Positions 20,901-34,357 of a stretch of 64,000 bases of DNA are shown here, in pieces. Source of the stretch: Prorocentrum cordatum (Eukaryota); contig CAUYUJ010000117.1 in assembly GCA_963575745.1 (NCBI GenBank), positions 1 to 64,000 on the forward strand. The letters run 5' to 3'. Each line of letters begins with the position of its first letter. The stretch's first letter is position 1. Under the pieces are notes generated by a model. It worked only from the letters and a program-made list of their open reading frames with translations. It ran no database searches and was not told the origin of the DNA. The position numbers were made by a program, and so were the translations under genes.

Positions 20901-23900
20901 TCACAGCTCTTACCAGCCCCAAGCCCCCAGTGGCCCCCTCTCCGCGTTGGCAAAATCGGCGAAGCCTCTCCCAAACGCACGCAGAACTAGCCAGCAGGGG
21001 AATGGCGCGATGACCTCCTGCAAGCTGATCGATCAGCGGAAAACCAGCCACGTAACATGCCGTGGGAAAGAGGCCGAGCCGTTCCGCAGCTTAATATAGC
21101 ACGCCGAGGGTGGACATGCCAGCATCTCCCAAGAGACAGATGTGCTCCGGATGGAAATCATCCAACGTAGAAGAAGTGAACTGACAAACGTTCCTGGATG
21201 CACATCAGATCTCATCGATTGAGGCCCGACGAAAACAATCTCGATCAGGACATTCGGCCACTGGCTGGGTATCAAGAGCATTCCGCTGCGCCTGCAGTGG
21301 CCCCGCCTCGCTAGCAAGGATATCGCCGGGCCGACTCGACAGACATCCTGGCGCTCGCTCCGCTATGCTTGGGTTCCAGAACTGCAGAAGGCGCGCGATC
21401 TTATGCATGAGCGTGGCAGAGCCATTCAAAGCCTCGTCGCACCACTGTTTCTAAGACCCAGTGCGTTGCTTCGTGGCGGCGGTGGCGGCATGCTCGAACC
21501 GCGTGATCATGCGCCCGGCGAAGGCGGAGGCTCGGTCCCACCGCGGATGCGCAAGCTGCGAAGGATACTCTCTCACCAGTTCACGAAAGGCCCGCACCTG
21601 CGCATCAAGTCGAACATCCAACCCGGATAGTCCTCCGCCGTACGCGCTTGATGGAGCTCGATGACTGCGGCGTTAGACTGCGGCGCGGGATCCTCCTCCA
21701 TGGTCATCTCAACGTCGTGGCATGCTCGATAAAACCATTTCCATCCACGGCGCACGTGAGCGTCATCAGTAGCATGTAACTCTCTTCCCAGGACTGGAAC
21801 CCATCCTGCAGCACCGATCTCTGGTGGCCACCTTCACCGGGAAGTCCAAAACATCTGACATCTGAGAGCTCCACCTCCGCATCTCTCCGAAGACAGTCCA
21901 CGCGTGGTTGAGCTTCTGCTGGGCCGCCGGCACTTCGTCGTGCTCAGCAGCATGCGCCGCGTGATCAGCAAGCTCTCTCGCAGCATGATATGCTCGGGGT
22001 CCTCGCCGAGGGCCAACAGGAGGGCAAACAGGGGGGCGCGCATGGGGGGTGTAAACCAAAAGCTTCAGCTCGAGAACACCAGGCCGCACATGTAGTCGGA
22101 CAAGCTTGCGAGGGCCTCCATGCGAACACAAAATGTAGTCAATGGTCGTCGCCGTGCTCGACATGATGCATGCGCGGCGGGCAGGCGCCACGGCGCATCA
22201 GGCCAGCTTTGCGCGCGAAGCCCGACTCCTCATCCGCCTGAGGTCCAACTTTCCAATCAGCACCTGCCAGGAAAGAGTCGAACCTTTTGGCGACGCTCAA
22301 GCCTTGCATCCTGAGGATGTGCGCGTTCGCCTCGCCGAGGCCCGCCGCGCAATGCGCGCGCGCAGAGTGCGCCGTGATCCCGGGCCAACCAAACACATCC
22401 ACTTGACTGAGATAAGCCGTCCCTTGATGATCTCGCCTCCTGCTGGGCCCCATCTCAATCCCAACTCCGCGCGGACAAGGTCTGCAACTCCCGCGGAGTG
22501 TGATACGCGCTCGCGCTCAAAAGAAGGACTGCGTAACATGCGGTATGCGAGCGTTTGAGCTGCGCGATGTAGATCAGCAGCTGCCGTATCCGCTGTGCCG
22601 ATCTCCTGCGCACATACAATTCGCGAGTCTGAAGCGCGCAGTCGATCGAGGATCGTGGCCCGACTGTTGCCAGTGCGCGACTCAAGATATTGCACCTTAT
22701 CATCCTCACATGTGGGAGCACCTCGAAAACCTCTTAGCTGCGGAACCACCTGCCCCGCACGTGTCGCGGGAAGTCCACGCAGGTGCGGCACGGGTTGGGA
22801 CGATGTCGCAGGCCGAGGCTCTCCATCACATCGAAGGGGGTCAGGAATACTGCACCTTGGGGCGCTTGGCCACCCAGGCGTGCAGCTGCTCCTCGAACTG
22901 GCATTTGTTCCCCGCGAAGGCGAGCAACTTCTCCACATCCTCTGGCGACAGACCGTGGTACTCGGGCATGGGTTCATCACGGGGAGCAGCATCACCTTCT
23001 GGAGCATGAGGTGGAGCGTCCGCTGCAGCCGCATGGGGGCTGGAAGCGATCGCCGCCTCCTTGAGCAGCTGCTGGTACTTGGCGGAAAACGGGTTTTGTA
23101 GGAATTCTTTGATGCCAGCATTCGCATCCAGGACTTCATGTGGGAGACTGGGGGTTGATGCAGGCTCCGCCGCAACGGGCAAAGTCCTGTGCAGCTCCTC
23201 TGCGAGAGCATCGACCTCTCGCTGCATAGCGGCTCCGTCCTCAACAAGCCCGGCGAGGGCGTGATATGCCTTCGCAATGAGCTCGGGCTGGGACTGTATA
23301 CTGCACCGTGCCCCTTCTCAAGCTTCTTCTGTGCTGACTGAAGGCGGAAGGCTGCGTACGTGTGCTGCTGAAGAGGTGGCTCGCTGCTCCTTTGAACAGC
23401 GCGGGCCTCTCGTAGCTGCTCGTGCAAACACTTCTTGGCTGGATCTGCATCGTCGACCTGATCCATCTGATTTGAGGGCATTCTCCAAGGACTCGATTCT
23501 GAGCGCTCGCAAATCGTCAGGATCCTCTGAGCGAGGAGCAGCATCGCTATGACTGTCGCCACCCTTAGACGCTGAGTCTTGGAGTGCCCCTTTGAGACGC
23601 TGTTCCAGCTTCTGGTCCATGGCTTAAGGGTGATATGCTGGATGAGATCTGGGGGTGTGCCCGGCGCCCGGCGCCCATCTGGCCCTTTTGGGGTGCATTG
23701 GTAGGCGGCGACCTCTCGCCCTCCTTGGCATTCTTTTTTGCTGCCTGCACCACGCGCTGAGGCGCAGCAGCTCCACACATACACTTGATACGGCAAGCCC
23801 AATTCGCAGTGCGAGCACGTTGCGAGCAGGCCCAAAGAGGCATGCCAGGGCCTCGAAGCACGGAAGCATCGCCAGACATGCTGCAGCAGCCGTGGCGACT

Positions 23901-23986
23901 CAATAGCTGAAAAACCTTGGCCCGCCGACGTAGGCCGTTCTGAAGATGGCGTCGGCAAGCTCAGAAATCTCTGAGCCTGAACGGCT
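17906..23986 (-). mobile_element. LINE-B: decayed full-length non-LTR retrotransposon with the same domain order as LINE-A
   Basis: Fragments across frames: Zn finger (WACSQ..NWACRIKCMC ~23800), coiled coil (22841-23227), APE (IVCAQE, TIDYIL), RT (GGHRAIPLL, PAG, WTDD), RNase H (VVDGSC, QAAE, HSDC, ANRVAD). Many stops and frameshifts; flanked by (TCC)n. Confidence 0.85.
23969..23986 (-). other. Degenerate SL-like motif AGCCGTTCAGGCTCAGAG at the 5' boundary of LINE-B
   Basis: 12/15 identity to DinoSL AGCCATTTTGGCTCA followed by GAG, immediately after (TCC)n. Confidence 0.5.
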
Positions 23987-25596
23987 GGAGGAGGAGGAGG
24001 AGGAGGAGGGGGAGTAGGAGGAGGAGGAGGAGGGGTAGGAGGAGGAGGGGGAGGGGGGGGAGGAGGGGGGGGAGGGAGGAGGAGGAGGAGGAGGAGGAGG
24101 AGGAGGAGGAGGAGGAGGAGGAGGAGGAGGAGAGGAGGAGGAGGAGGAGGAGGAGGAGGAGGAGGAGGAGGAGGAGCGGGAGAAGGAGGGGGAGGGAAAG
24201 AAGATGAGCTTTGCTGTGGGCTCGGTCAAGGAGCGCGCCCGTACTCCAAGCGGCAGACATGCAGGGCGTCGGTGTCAGCGTTGTGATCACGGTTGGCCCG
24301 ACAGAGAGCTTCAGATTGGCCAGACCCAACACAACTAACGAATCCCACCCTTCCCATCGTCTGGGTACTTGTGTCAACACTCACCCAGACTCGCACCGAG
24401 GGGTCACGAGGGCAGTGGCCTAGCATGGTGTCAGTCCGCTGGCCCTCATGGTACACACACAGTCTCTCACACAAATGATCATGTCTTGGGGGCTTGCGCC
24501 ACCAATCGGGGGTGGATCTAACCCTGGGGGTTCAACTGGGGAAATCAAAAAATACCTCTACCGCTACTCCCCGGACCTTTACCGGGGTGCATTCTGACCA
24601 GGAGTTCGACGCGAATCCAGCAGTGGTGACGAGGGGTTCCCAGGAAGACCAAAGGAGGGGAAACACGAGGGAAGAGTAGCGGTGTGGATACCTTTTCCTC
24701 CTCCGACAACCCGGAGTGGATATAGTCGGGGCTAAACACCTCTAGCAGAACACCTTTTATCGAAAACGAATCCGGAACAGGCCTGGCGGGCGCAAACCCA
24801 CGGACGGTACGGCCGCGACACCCTCTCAAGAACCAAACGAAAAAGACAATTCGCGGATCGGCTCGGCATGGATGGAGGAGGCTCTATCAACGTCAGAACC
24901 ATAGGGAAGCACAAGTCAATGCCTCGACAAGAATCGCCTGGCCAACCCAAGCCTCAGAAATTCATGATGCAGCTCGAGACAATTCGCGGATCGGCTTGGC
25001 ATGGATGGAGGGGGCACAGGGAAACGCAGGTCAATGCCTCGACAAGAGTCGCCTGGCCAACCCAAGGTTCAGAAATCCTTGTGCAGCTCGGGAAACCCGA
25101 AAAGGGGGCTCATCGTGCAAAGCCTTCTTGGAAGCCTCCGAACCCCTTCTCAGAAGCCCCCCTGGCTTGTCAGAAGGCCTTCCAGTCGCCCCGCCCTCCC
25201 CTGCCAAAACCCGGTCGAAACGGGCCCTGGGACCCCACCCGAAGCCCATCCTGGCCAGTTTTCCCAGTCGCGTCTGGCTGTGGCGACGAGGGCGTCCTGA
25301 AACACCGAACAGCATACAAAACGACGCCGTCATCATCGTCGCCTTCCCCATCTGGCCCGGCCCCGTCCCTGTGTGCGCCGCCGACCTCTTCTAACTTTTG
25401 GACGCTCGAAGTGGTTACGGAAACCATGGCACGATGCCCCACAACAACTGTGGTCCAAAACCGACAGCGGCCGCTGTTTGGGCGGGCGGCTTTGTGTCTG
25501 CAGTGGACAACGTCCGCGGCGGTCCGGTTCAGAATGAACATGACCTGCTGTTGGTCTTTGCACCCATTCTTTCGCACCCATTTCGATTGTCCCGAC

Positions 25597-25835
25597 AACT
25601 GTCGGGGATCTTCTGACTCGGGTCAATCCAAACCCGGGTCTGTCAGCCCTTGCAACATCCTGCAAGACCCTGCAAGATCCTGCACCCAAGCCCGGGTCAG
25701 CGCGAAGGATCCTGCAGGATCCTGCCCCAAAGCCCGGGTCAGTGCGACCCTGGCCTCTGCAAGATCCTGCAAGATCCCGCACTCTGGCTGACCCCCGTTT
25801 GCATTGACCCCCGTCTCAAGGCTCCCGACCGACAA
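25597..25835. mobile_element. MITE-like element with ~45-bp imperfect terminal inverted repeats and internal GATCCTGCAA units
   Basis: 'gtcggggatcttctgactcgggtcaatccaaac' vs 'gtttgcattgacccccgtctcaaggctcccgac'; partial copy at 27090-27200. Confidence 0.6.
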
Positions 25836-26102
25836 CTGGCTTGGCCCCCCCCGTTGATCGCCGATAGGGACCCGATTGCCCATTGATCGCCGATAGGGAC
25901 CCGATAGCCCCACCCCGCCCAAGAAGGTGTGGATTCACGATCGGAGCCTATCGCCGATCTATCGGCGATGTATCGCCGACTCCAGGTCGATGCACAACCC
26001 CCATATGCCAATCCCCCCCTACCGTTGCCCCTGACCATGTCGATTGTTCCGACAACTGGCTGGGCCCCAGGCTCCCGACCCGCCCGCGCCCACCCCGACG
26101 GC

Positions 26103-26159
26103 CTGCTCGCTGCTGAGGGCCTCGCAGGCCCTGCCCCCGTGGCTCGGCATCGCCACGAC
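26103..26159 (-). CDS. TSP1-repeat protein exon (VVAMPSHGGRACEALSSEQ)
   Basis: cag|G acceptor, CAG|GC donor, 57 nt, phase 0/0; continues RTRE into the PxxGGxxC part of a TSP1 repeat. Confidence 0.8.
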
Positions 26160-27211
26160 CTGCCGCCAGCGCTCAATGCTCACTGACGTCGCGCAGAAAG
26201 GGGGGCCCCTGGACAACGACGCCGATTCGTCGTCGTCATCCTCCTCCTCCTCCTCCTCCTCCTCCTCCTCCTCCTCCTCCTCCCCCTCCTCCGCCTCCGC
26301 CTCCGCCTCCTCCTCCGCCTCCGCCTCCGCCTCCTCCTCCTCCTCGCCTCCGCCTCCTCCTCCTCCTCCTCCTCCCTCCTCCTCCTCCTCCTCCTCCTCC
26401 TCCTCTCCTCCGCCTCCTCCTCCTCCCTCCTCCCCCGCCTCCTCCTCCTCCTCCACCTCCTCCTCCTCCTCCTCCTCCTCCTCCTCCTCCTCCTCCTCCT
26501 CCTCCTCCTCCTCTTCCTTTCTGGGGCGATACATCGATGACGACGACGTCGTCGACGCCGTCGTCGATTCGGAAGCTTCGCTGGGCGTTTCTGGAGGGTC
26601 TCGTCGCCACGGCTGGACGCGGTCCAGAAAACTGCCTGGGATGGGCCCTGGGAGGTGCCCAGAGACTCAGAGACCGGTACGGAGCGCATTCTGGGGGCGG
26701 GGGGGAGGGGCGAGCGAGGCGCGGGGCCCGAGGGAGGAAACGTCAACATCAGATGTTGTGATGCTATTTGGCCCGTCCCCAGGACCACTTGTGCAGACTT
26801 CGCCTTGCAACGTCTCCGCGTAGGCTTCGACCGCGCTGTGCGTCCGCCAGCGCTGCGACTAACAAGTTGTCTACCCTTCTTAGGGCCTCCTGGGGGTGAG
26901 GGGGGCCGTTGGCGAGGCACTGGCTCAGGGGGGAACATCGACCTGGAATCGGCGATACATCGCTGCTGATGGGCCCTCGCTGTCGAACCGCACGTTCCTT
27001 GGGCGGGGTGGGCTGTCGGGCCCTCTCGGTGATGAATGGGGCGATTGGGGTCGATGCCATGCCTCCCCCCCAGGCTTATCCCCCCCCTCAATTTTCGGTC
27101 GGGGATCTTCTGACCCGGGTCAATCCGATCCAGACCCAGGTGAGTCAGGCCTTGCGGGGTCCTGCAAGATTCTGCAGGATCCTGCACCCAAGCCTGGGTC
27201 GATGCGCCCCT

Positions 27212-28990
27212 GGCCCCCTCTACAGGCGGATTTTGGACGACAGATTAAGAAAGTACATCCCAAATACTCCCAAATAATCAAAACATGCTCAGAAATCGTC
27301 CCCAGACTATTTTTTGGACTATCTTTGACTTTGCCTCCTGTAGAAGGACGCGCCCGACTTAACCCTTGAGCCCCGCTTCGGGTAATGATTCGGCTCCCCG
27401 GCGGCCGCTCGGGAGACGAGCTGGGCGCCCCCGGAACGCTAATAGGCGGGGCGCGGCGGCTGCTGCTGGAGAGAGCAGGCCGAGGCTGGAAACAAAGCTG
27501 CCGGGGACCGGACAACAACGCCCGACGACCTCAGACCTCGAGCCACAACGCTGCCCCCAGAAGAAGCCTTGCATGATGGGCCTGTTTTCCACCACCACCG
27601 CCATAAGTTGGAGGGGGAGGGGGTCCTCTTCCTCCTCTTCGTCCTCCTCCTCTTCGTCCTCCTCCTCCTCCTCGTCCTCCTCCTCCTCCTCCTTCCCCCC
27701 CCCATCCAGCCCATGGTGGTGGTGGTGGTGGAAAACAGGCCCATCCTTGCCAGCGCGAAAGAGACGCACACAATATATAACTCCAAGGCATCGCCAATGC
27801 GCAGTCAAACTGCGGAGTCTGCATCCCGCCCGGGGGAGTACGGGAATTTTATGACTTATGGGTGGGATCTGGTGTTTCCTGAACTAGAGCTGCATTCGAC
27901 CACATCAGGGGCGCGGGATCCCGCCCAGACAACGCAAGACGGGTGGTTTGCTAGGCTTCGAAGGGGTGGGGTGGGGGTGGGTGGGTGGGGGGGGCCCCAC
28001 CCGAGGCCGCTGGCGTGGCGGGGTGATCGTGATGGCAGGCATAGCATGCCATCGGGCGAACTGACAAAAATCCAAAAATCACTTTCGCTATACCGATGTA
28101 TCCCTCCTCCCTCAGCGCTTGGACGCCCGAAATGGGTACGGGAAACATGAGTACGATGCCCAACAACACATGTTGTCCAACACCGACAGCCGCCGCTGTG
28201 CAGAAGGCGGCGCTCTGCCTCAAATGGACAACGTCCGCGGCGACACCGACATCGAATCCGGTCCAAAATGGACAGGGCATAGTGTCGGCCTTTGCGCCCA
28301 TTCTTTCGGCACCCACTTCGATCGTCCCGACCAGCGTCAGGTCCGGCGTGTCCTCCTACAGGCGGATCCTGGACGAAAACTCCAAAATAGTCAAAGAAAT
28401 ACTCCCAGGTGGTCCAAAGTGGTAAAACAAAATCGTCCCCAGAGTACTTTTGACTATCTTTGCATACTCCTCCTGTAGAGGGGACACGCCCGACGTAAGC
28501 CTTAAGCCCCTCCCCGGGGGGGGCGCGTGGCCGCTGCGCCTCTGGGCGCGCGTGCGCGCGAGAGGCCGGCTCCCTACTGCTGCCCCTCTCGCCTGCCCCG
28601 CCCGCTCGCTCGCCGCCGCGCCTCTTGGCGGCGTGCCCCGCGGGCAGGCCGCGCGGCTCGCTGCCGCACGCAAATCTTAGCTCGGGCAGGTCCCCCCGCA
28701 GGGAGTTTTTGGCGAGCAATACCAAAAATACAAAACAAAAACATCCAACAAATACTCCAAAATGATCAAGAGGTCGTCCCGAGGCTATTTTTGGACTATC
28801 TTTGAATATTTCCTCTGTAGAGGGACAGGTCCGACTTAACGAAAGTTGGCCCATTCGCACCGGCGCGTTCGCGCGCGCACCGCCGCCGCACCTACAGGCG
28901 GATTTCGGAGGACAAATAGAAAAAAAAGTCAAGAACTGCTCAGAGGTAGTATAAAGTAGTCGAAACATCGTGCCCAGACTATTTTTTGAC
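27212..28990. mobile_element. Cluster of ~160-bp MITE copies (27212-27362, 28337-28498, 28677-28839, partial 28890-28990)
   Basis: Shared TIR TTA(A/G)GTCGGGC(A/G)TGTCC..CTACAGGCGG / CCTCCTGTAG..GGACACGCCCGACTTAA and internal 'cgtccccagactattttt'. Confidence 0.8.
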
Positions 28991-31269
28991 AAAGCTTACA
29001 TATTCCTGCTGTAAGTAAGTCATGAAGCAGGAATGCGGATAAAGTAGATTGTGCTCGGGCACGCCCAGAGGGTAACCTAACGCAGAAAAAAAAAGATCGA
29101 TTCTTGAAGTAGGAATGCGCTTGACGTAGATCGGGATCTGGGAGTCCAAAAACACCTACTTTCAACGACCGACGGCTAACCCTCTCCAGAGATGCCTGGA
29201 AGAGGTACCTCGACGCTCCGACCGCGGGGGCAGGGGGGGTGCGGGCACGATGCGCGGCGACGCGGCGCGGTCTGGGGCGCCACCAGATCTGGGCCATGAC
29301 GGTGCAAAAAAGAACTCCTTCTCCTCCTCCTCCTCCTCCTCCTCCTCCTCCTCCTCCTCCTCCTCCTCCTCCTCCTCCTCCCTCCTCCTCCTCCTCCTCC
29401 TCCTCCTCCTCTCCTCCTCCTCCTCCTCCTCCTCCTCCTCCTCCTCCTCCTCCTCTCCTCCTCCTCCTCCTCCTCCCCCTCCTCCTCCTCCTCCTCCTCC
29501 TCCTCCGCCTCCTCCTCCTTCTCCACCTCCTCCTTCTCTGCCTCCTCCTCCTCCTCCTCTTCCTCCTTCTCCTCCTCCTCCTACCCGCCGCCGCGTCCCC
29601 CTCTCCGTGCCACAGGACATCCTCCGCGCCTGCCATACGAGTGCGCCGGCGAGCCCAGGGGGGAACGCAGAAAAGTGGGCGGGCCGTCCGAGGAGTATCG
29701 GAAGGCCTCGGGCCTGCCGAGAGGCCTCCTGAGCCTCCCCCGAAGACGGAGGCGCCTTCCTGGAAGGCCCCGGGAGCTTCTTGTGAGAGCCCCGCCGACT
29801 TCGCCAGGACGGCCTGCCCCCCCGTCGCACTTCCCCGCCGGGCGCGCCGCCGAGGGCGAGCTCCCCGTCCCACCCCGCCGCCTCCGCCTCATCCTCCTCC
29901 TCCTCCTCCTCCTCTCCTCCTCCTCCTCCTCCTCCCCCTCCTCCCCCCCCCCCCTTCCACCTCCGCCTCCTCCTCCTCCTTCTCCTCCTCCTCCTCCTCC
30001 TCCTGCTCCTTCCTCCTCCTCCTCCTCCTCCTCCTCCTCCTCCTCGCAGCGCGCGTGGCCAAGACGCCAAAAGAGAGTGGGTGAGTGTGTGCATGTGTGT
30101 ATGATTCGTACCAAGAGGGGTCCAAACGGGTCGCTCTAGAGTGCTCTACAAGGGCCAGTGCCGCACGCTGTATACTGTAGACATGCCGATTGATTGCATC
30201 CGCATTGGGGAGGCGTGAGTGTGTGTGTGTGTGAGAGTGTGTGAGTGTGAGTGAGTGTGTGTGTGTCTGCCTGTGAGCACCCCAATCCGCATCGCACACC
30301 AGGCGTGCCCACGTCTTGCTTCAGGCCCCTGTGCTCGTGGCTTCCAAGGGGAAACAGAGAGAGAGAGAGAGAGAGAGAACGTCGATGGCATCCGCGCCGC
30401 ACGCCCCGGCTGGGCCGTCGCAACGCACACGTATCAAGACACGAGAAGGACATGACACAAAGGCACACAGTCGACCCGTATCGTGAGGCTGCGAGGCAAG
30501 GACGCAGGGGCCTTGGACGCCCATTTCGAAGCTTTTCGAGCGGGGCGCGGCCAACGAAAGTGGCGAAGGATGGGCTGAGGAGAGAAGGATGCAAGGGCAC
30601 CCTTGGGCCCTTGGGAAGGTTGCCCATCCTTGCCATGCGGGTCGACTGTATATCAAGCCCTAGGCTGTGGAGAGGCCCCGCAGCCTCCGCCCGCCCCCAC
30701 AGACGGATCACCGCGGCAGCGCAACCAGCCTTCCCGAAATCGGCCACCGTGCTCCCTGGCGAGTTGAGGCGTGGTAGGAACGGCAGATGACCGACGCAAG
30801 ATGGCGGGCCGCCAGCGCGGCACGCCGCATTGCCAACGAGGGCGCTTACGCGCGGTCTTACGCATGCAGCTCACGCGCCAATGTCGGAGAAGACGACCCA
30901 ACTTTTCTACGTCGCTCAAGTGCTGTCTGGTAGTCGGGTGAACTCTAACATGGATGAAGGATTCGTGGACCTGGCGCGTGCGCGACAGATCCTCGGATCG
31001 GGGAACAAGGAAACCTCGAAACATGAAGCCAATGCCGCCTGATTTGGCGACGTAGCGCGTCGATCGCGTCGATGTTGCATGGAAACGGGACCAGCCGCTA
31101 CTCCACGCGCCATCCTACATGTGTGCGTTTCCTTGAAGTGGGGTTCACGTAAACCTGATCGGACAAGAGCAGGGAGCGCAGATGTTGTCCTCTGGGCTCG
31201 TAGGCATGATGGCGACAACCAGGCGGCGGATGACGAGGATGGCAACATGGATTACGGGAAGGGCCACAT

Positions 31270-32365
<1,096 letters not shown>

Positions 32366-32923
32366 AAAATCACGGCTCCCCCTAACCTGGCGAGACGAGG
32401 TGCCACACGTGACGGCCTCTCGTGCCCCCTCGAATAATAGCCACCCAGAAGACTGGACTGGCACGGTGGTTGGACCTGCCGCAGGCAACTGGATACTCCA
32501 TCAGGGCCGCCCGTCCCCCAAGGCCTGTCGGCGGTGCAATTAAGCCGAAGGCCACTGGATTTCGGTCGCCGCCACTCAGCCCGCCACTGCCTATTGGCCC
32601 CGTTCTCCCTTCCGCATCCTGCGCCCAATCGGGGGTACCAAAACCGTGTGGTGACGGACCGCGCGGTGACCCCGAAATTCCCATAGATCCCACCGCGCTG
32701 TCCGTCCGTAACCGCACGGTCTTTGGACCACGGAGGCCCCAGTCGCTCGAGACGTCCTCGGAGAACGACCCAAGTCCCCAAACCGTTCGGTGACCCCAAA
32801 TTCCTACGGACTCTCCACGCGGTGTGGCCACCATATCGTTTGAGGCCCCCCGAAAACTGGTCTCTCCCCAAGACCGTCGGAGCCGGCCGCGAGGTCTCTG
32901 CATATGTCCTCGGACCTCGATTC

Positions 32924-33135
32924 TCGATGCGGGCAAGACTTATATCCATGTCCTCTGCGTCTTGGAGTTTCTGGGAAGGGGCGCCAAAATGCCGAAGCGC
33001 AGTGGATGTCGATCAAATTTTGCCTCTAGGGGCCAGACTCTTTGATCTACATCCGCTGCGCCTCTGGTTTCTGGGGAGGGGATCCCGGAACTCCAAGACG
33101 CAACGGATATGGATACAACTCTTGCCCGCACTCGA
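32924..33135. repeat. ~210-bp imperfect palindrome (foldback/MITE)
   Basis: Arms 'tgcgggcaagacttatatccatgtcc..tgcgtcttggagtttctggga..gcgcagtggatgtcgatcaaa' and 'tttgatctacatccgctgcgc..tcccggaactccaagacgca..ggatatggatacaactcttgcccgca'. Confidence 0.85.
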
Positions 33136-33647
33136 ACCTCCCTCATCCAACCTGGCGTGAAGGAAGCGGGTCTTGTGAGCCCCGGGCGGGTCTGCATCTT
33201 TGCGGCGCATATGGGGGCCCTGGCAGTCCAGGCGAGGCAATTTGAAGGCCGATTTGGGGCGACATTTCGCGGCGGCCGGGAGGATGGCCGAGGTGCGGGG
33301 CCGGTAGGATGGCCGAGGTGCGGGGTTCGAGAGGATGGTCGAGCTGGTAACCAACCATTCGGTGCGCGACTGTCCCAGACCACCTGGTTCTTACAAACCG
33401 GGTCCTGGACCTCCCGTGGCCTGGGGCGGGGCCAGGAGGAGGAGGAGGAGGAGGAGGCGGAAGAGGAGGAGGAGGATGAGAATGGCTGTGTGGTCGTGTG
33501 GAGGGCCCCCCAAGAACCCGAGAACGGGAACACACATCCAGGACTCCTTGCCTCCAGGACCCGCTTCCTTCCTGCTAGATTCTCGAACCCTCTCTCTCCA
33601 CCCTGAGTCGCGGAGGAGGTGGAGGGGGAGGAGGAGGTGGAGGAGAC

Positions 33648-33728
33648 CTCTCTGGTCCGGTAGTGGTGCCCGCCGTTACAGGAGCAGGAGCATTCGCTCC
33701 ACTCGTCCCAGTCGCCCCAGGCGCAATC
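33648..33728 (-). CDS. TSP1-repeat protein exon (DCAWGDWDEWSECSCSCNGGHHYRTRE)
   Basis: Canonical CxWxxWxxWSxCSxSCxGG..RxR motif; cag|G acceptor, GAG|GT donor, 81 nt. Confidence 0.9.
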
Positions 33729-34302
33729 CTGGGCGCAGCGGGTCGTCGTCGGCACCAACGGCAAGGGGAAGGGGCAATGAGGAGCGAGCGGGCGACCATA
33801 TTGCACATCAGCGCGCCATCACCAGAAACATGAAGCAGGTTGTCCACGTGCAGACCCGATGGCAACTGTGGTGGGCGGAAGGAGATCGAGGATACAGTCC
33901 CTTTGACGTTTCTGGGCCTTCAGAAACCTCCGAAAGCATCCAGAGGCCTCCAGGTACCTCCGAGGACCTCCAGGGCCTTCGGTAGACCTCTGGAGACAGC
34001 AGGTCGTCCTCGTCGTCGTCGTCGTCAAAGAACTTCTCGGCTGTTCGCGTGTTCTGGACGGTGCGGGAGGTATCGTCCTCCTCCTCCTCCTCCTCTTCCT
34101 CCTCCTCCTGGGTGTGAGACACTTTCTCCTCCTCCTCCTCCTCCTCTTCCTCCTCCTCTGCGCTGGGTACTGCGAGCTGCCAACTCCGACGCTGCCCTCA
34201 CCTCTTCGGCGGCCAACGCCGCCATTGGGGGCGGAAGTTTAAGTGTCTCTTACATAGAAAACAGTCAAAGGGGGCCGCAGCGGGCAATATACATGTATAT
34301 AT

Positions 34303-34357
<55 letters not shown>

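Noticed and set aside
24753..24790. Candidate next TSP1 exon (ACSGFVFDKR, AG|GC start)
   Set aside because: Cys spacing does not fit the repeat and the region looks like repeat DNA.
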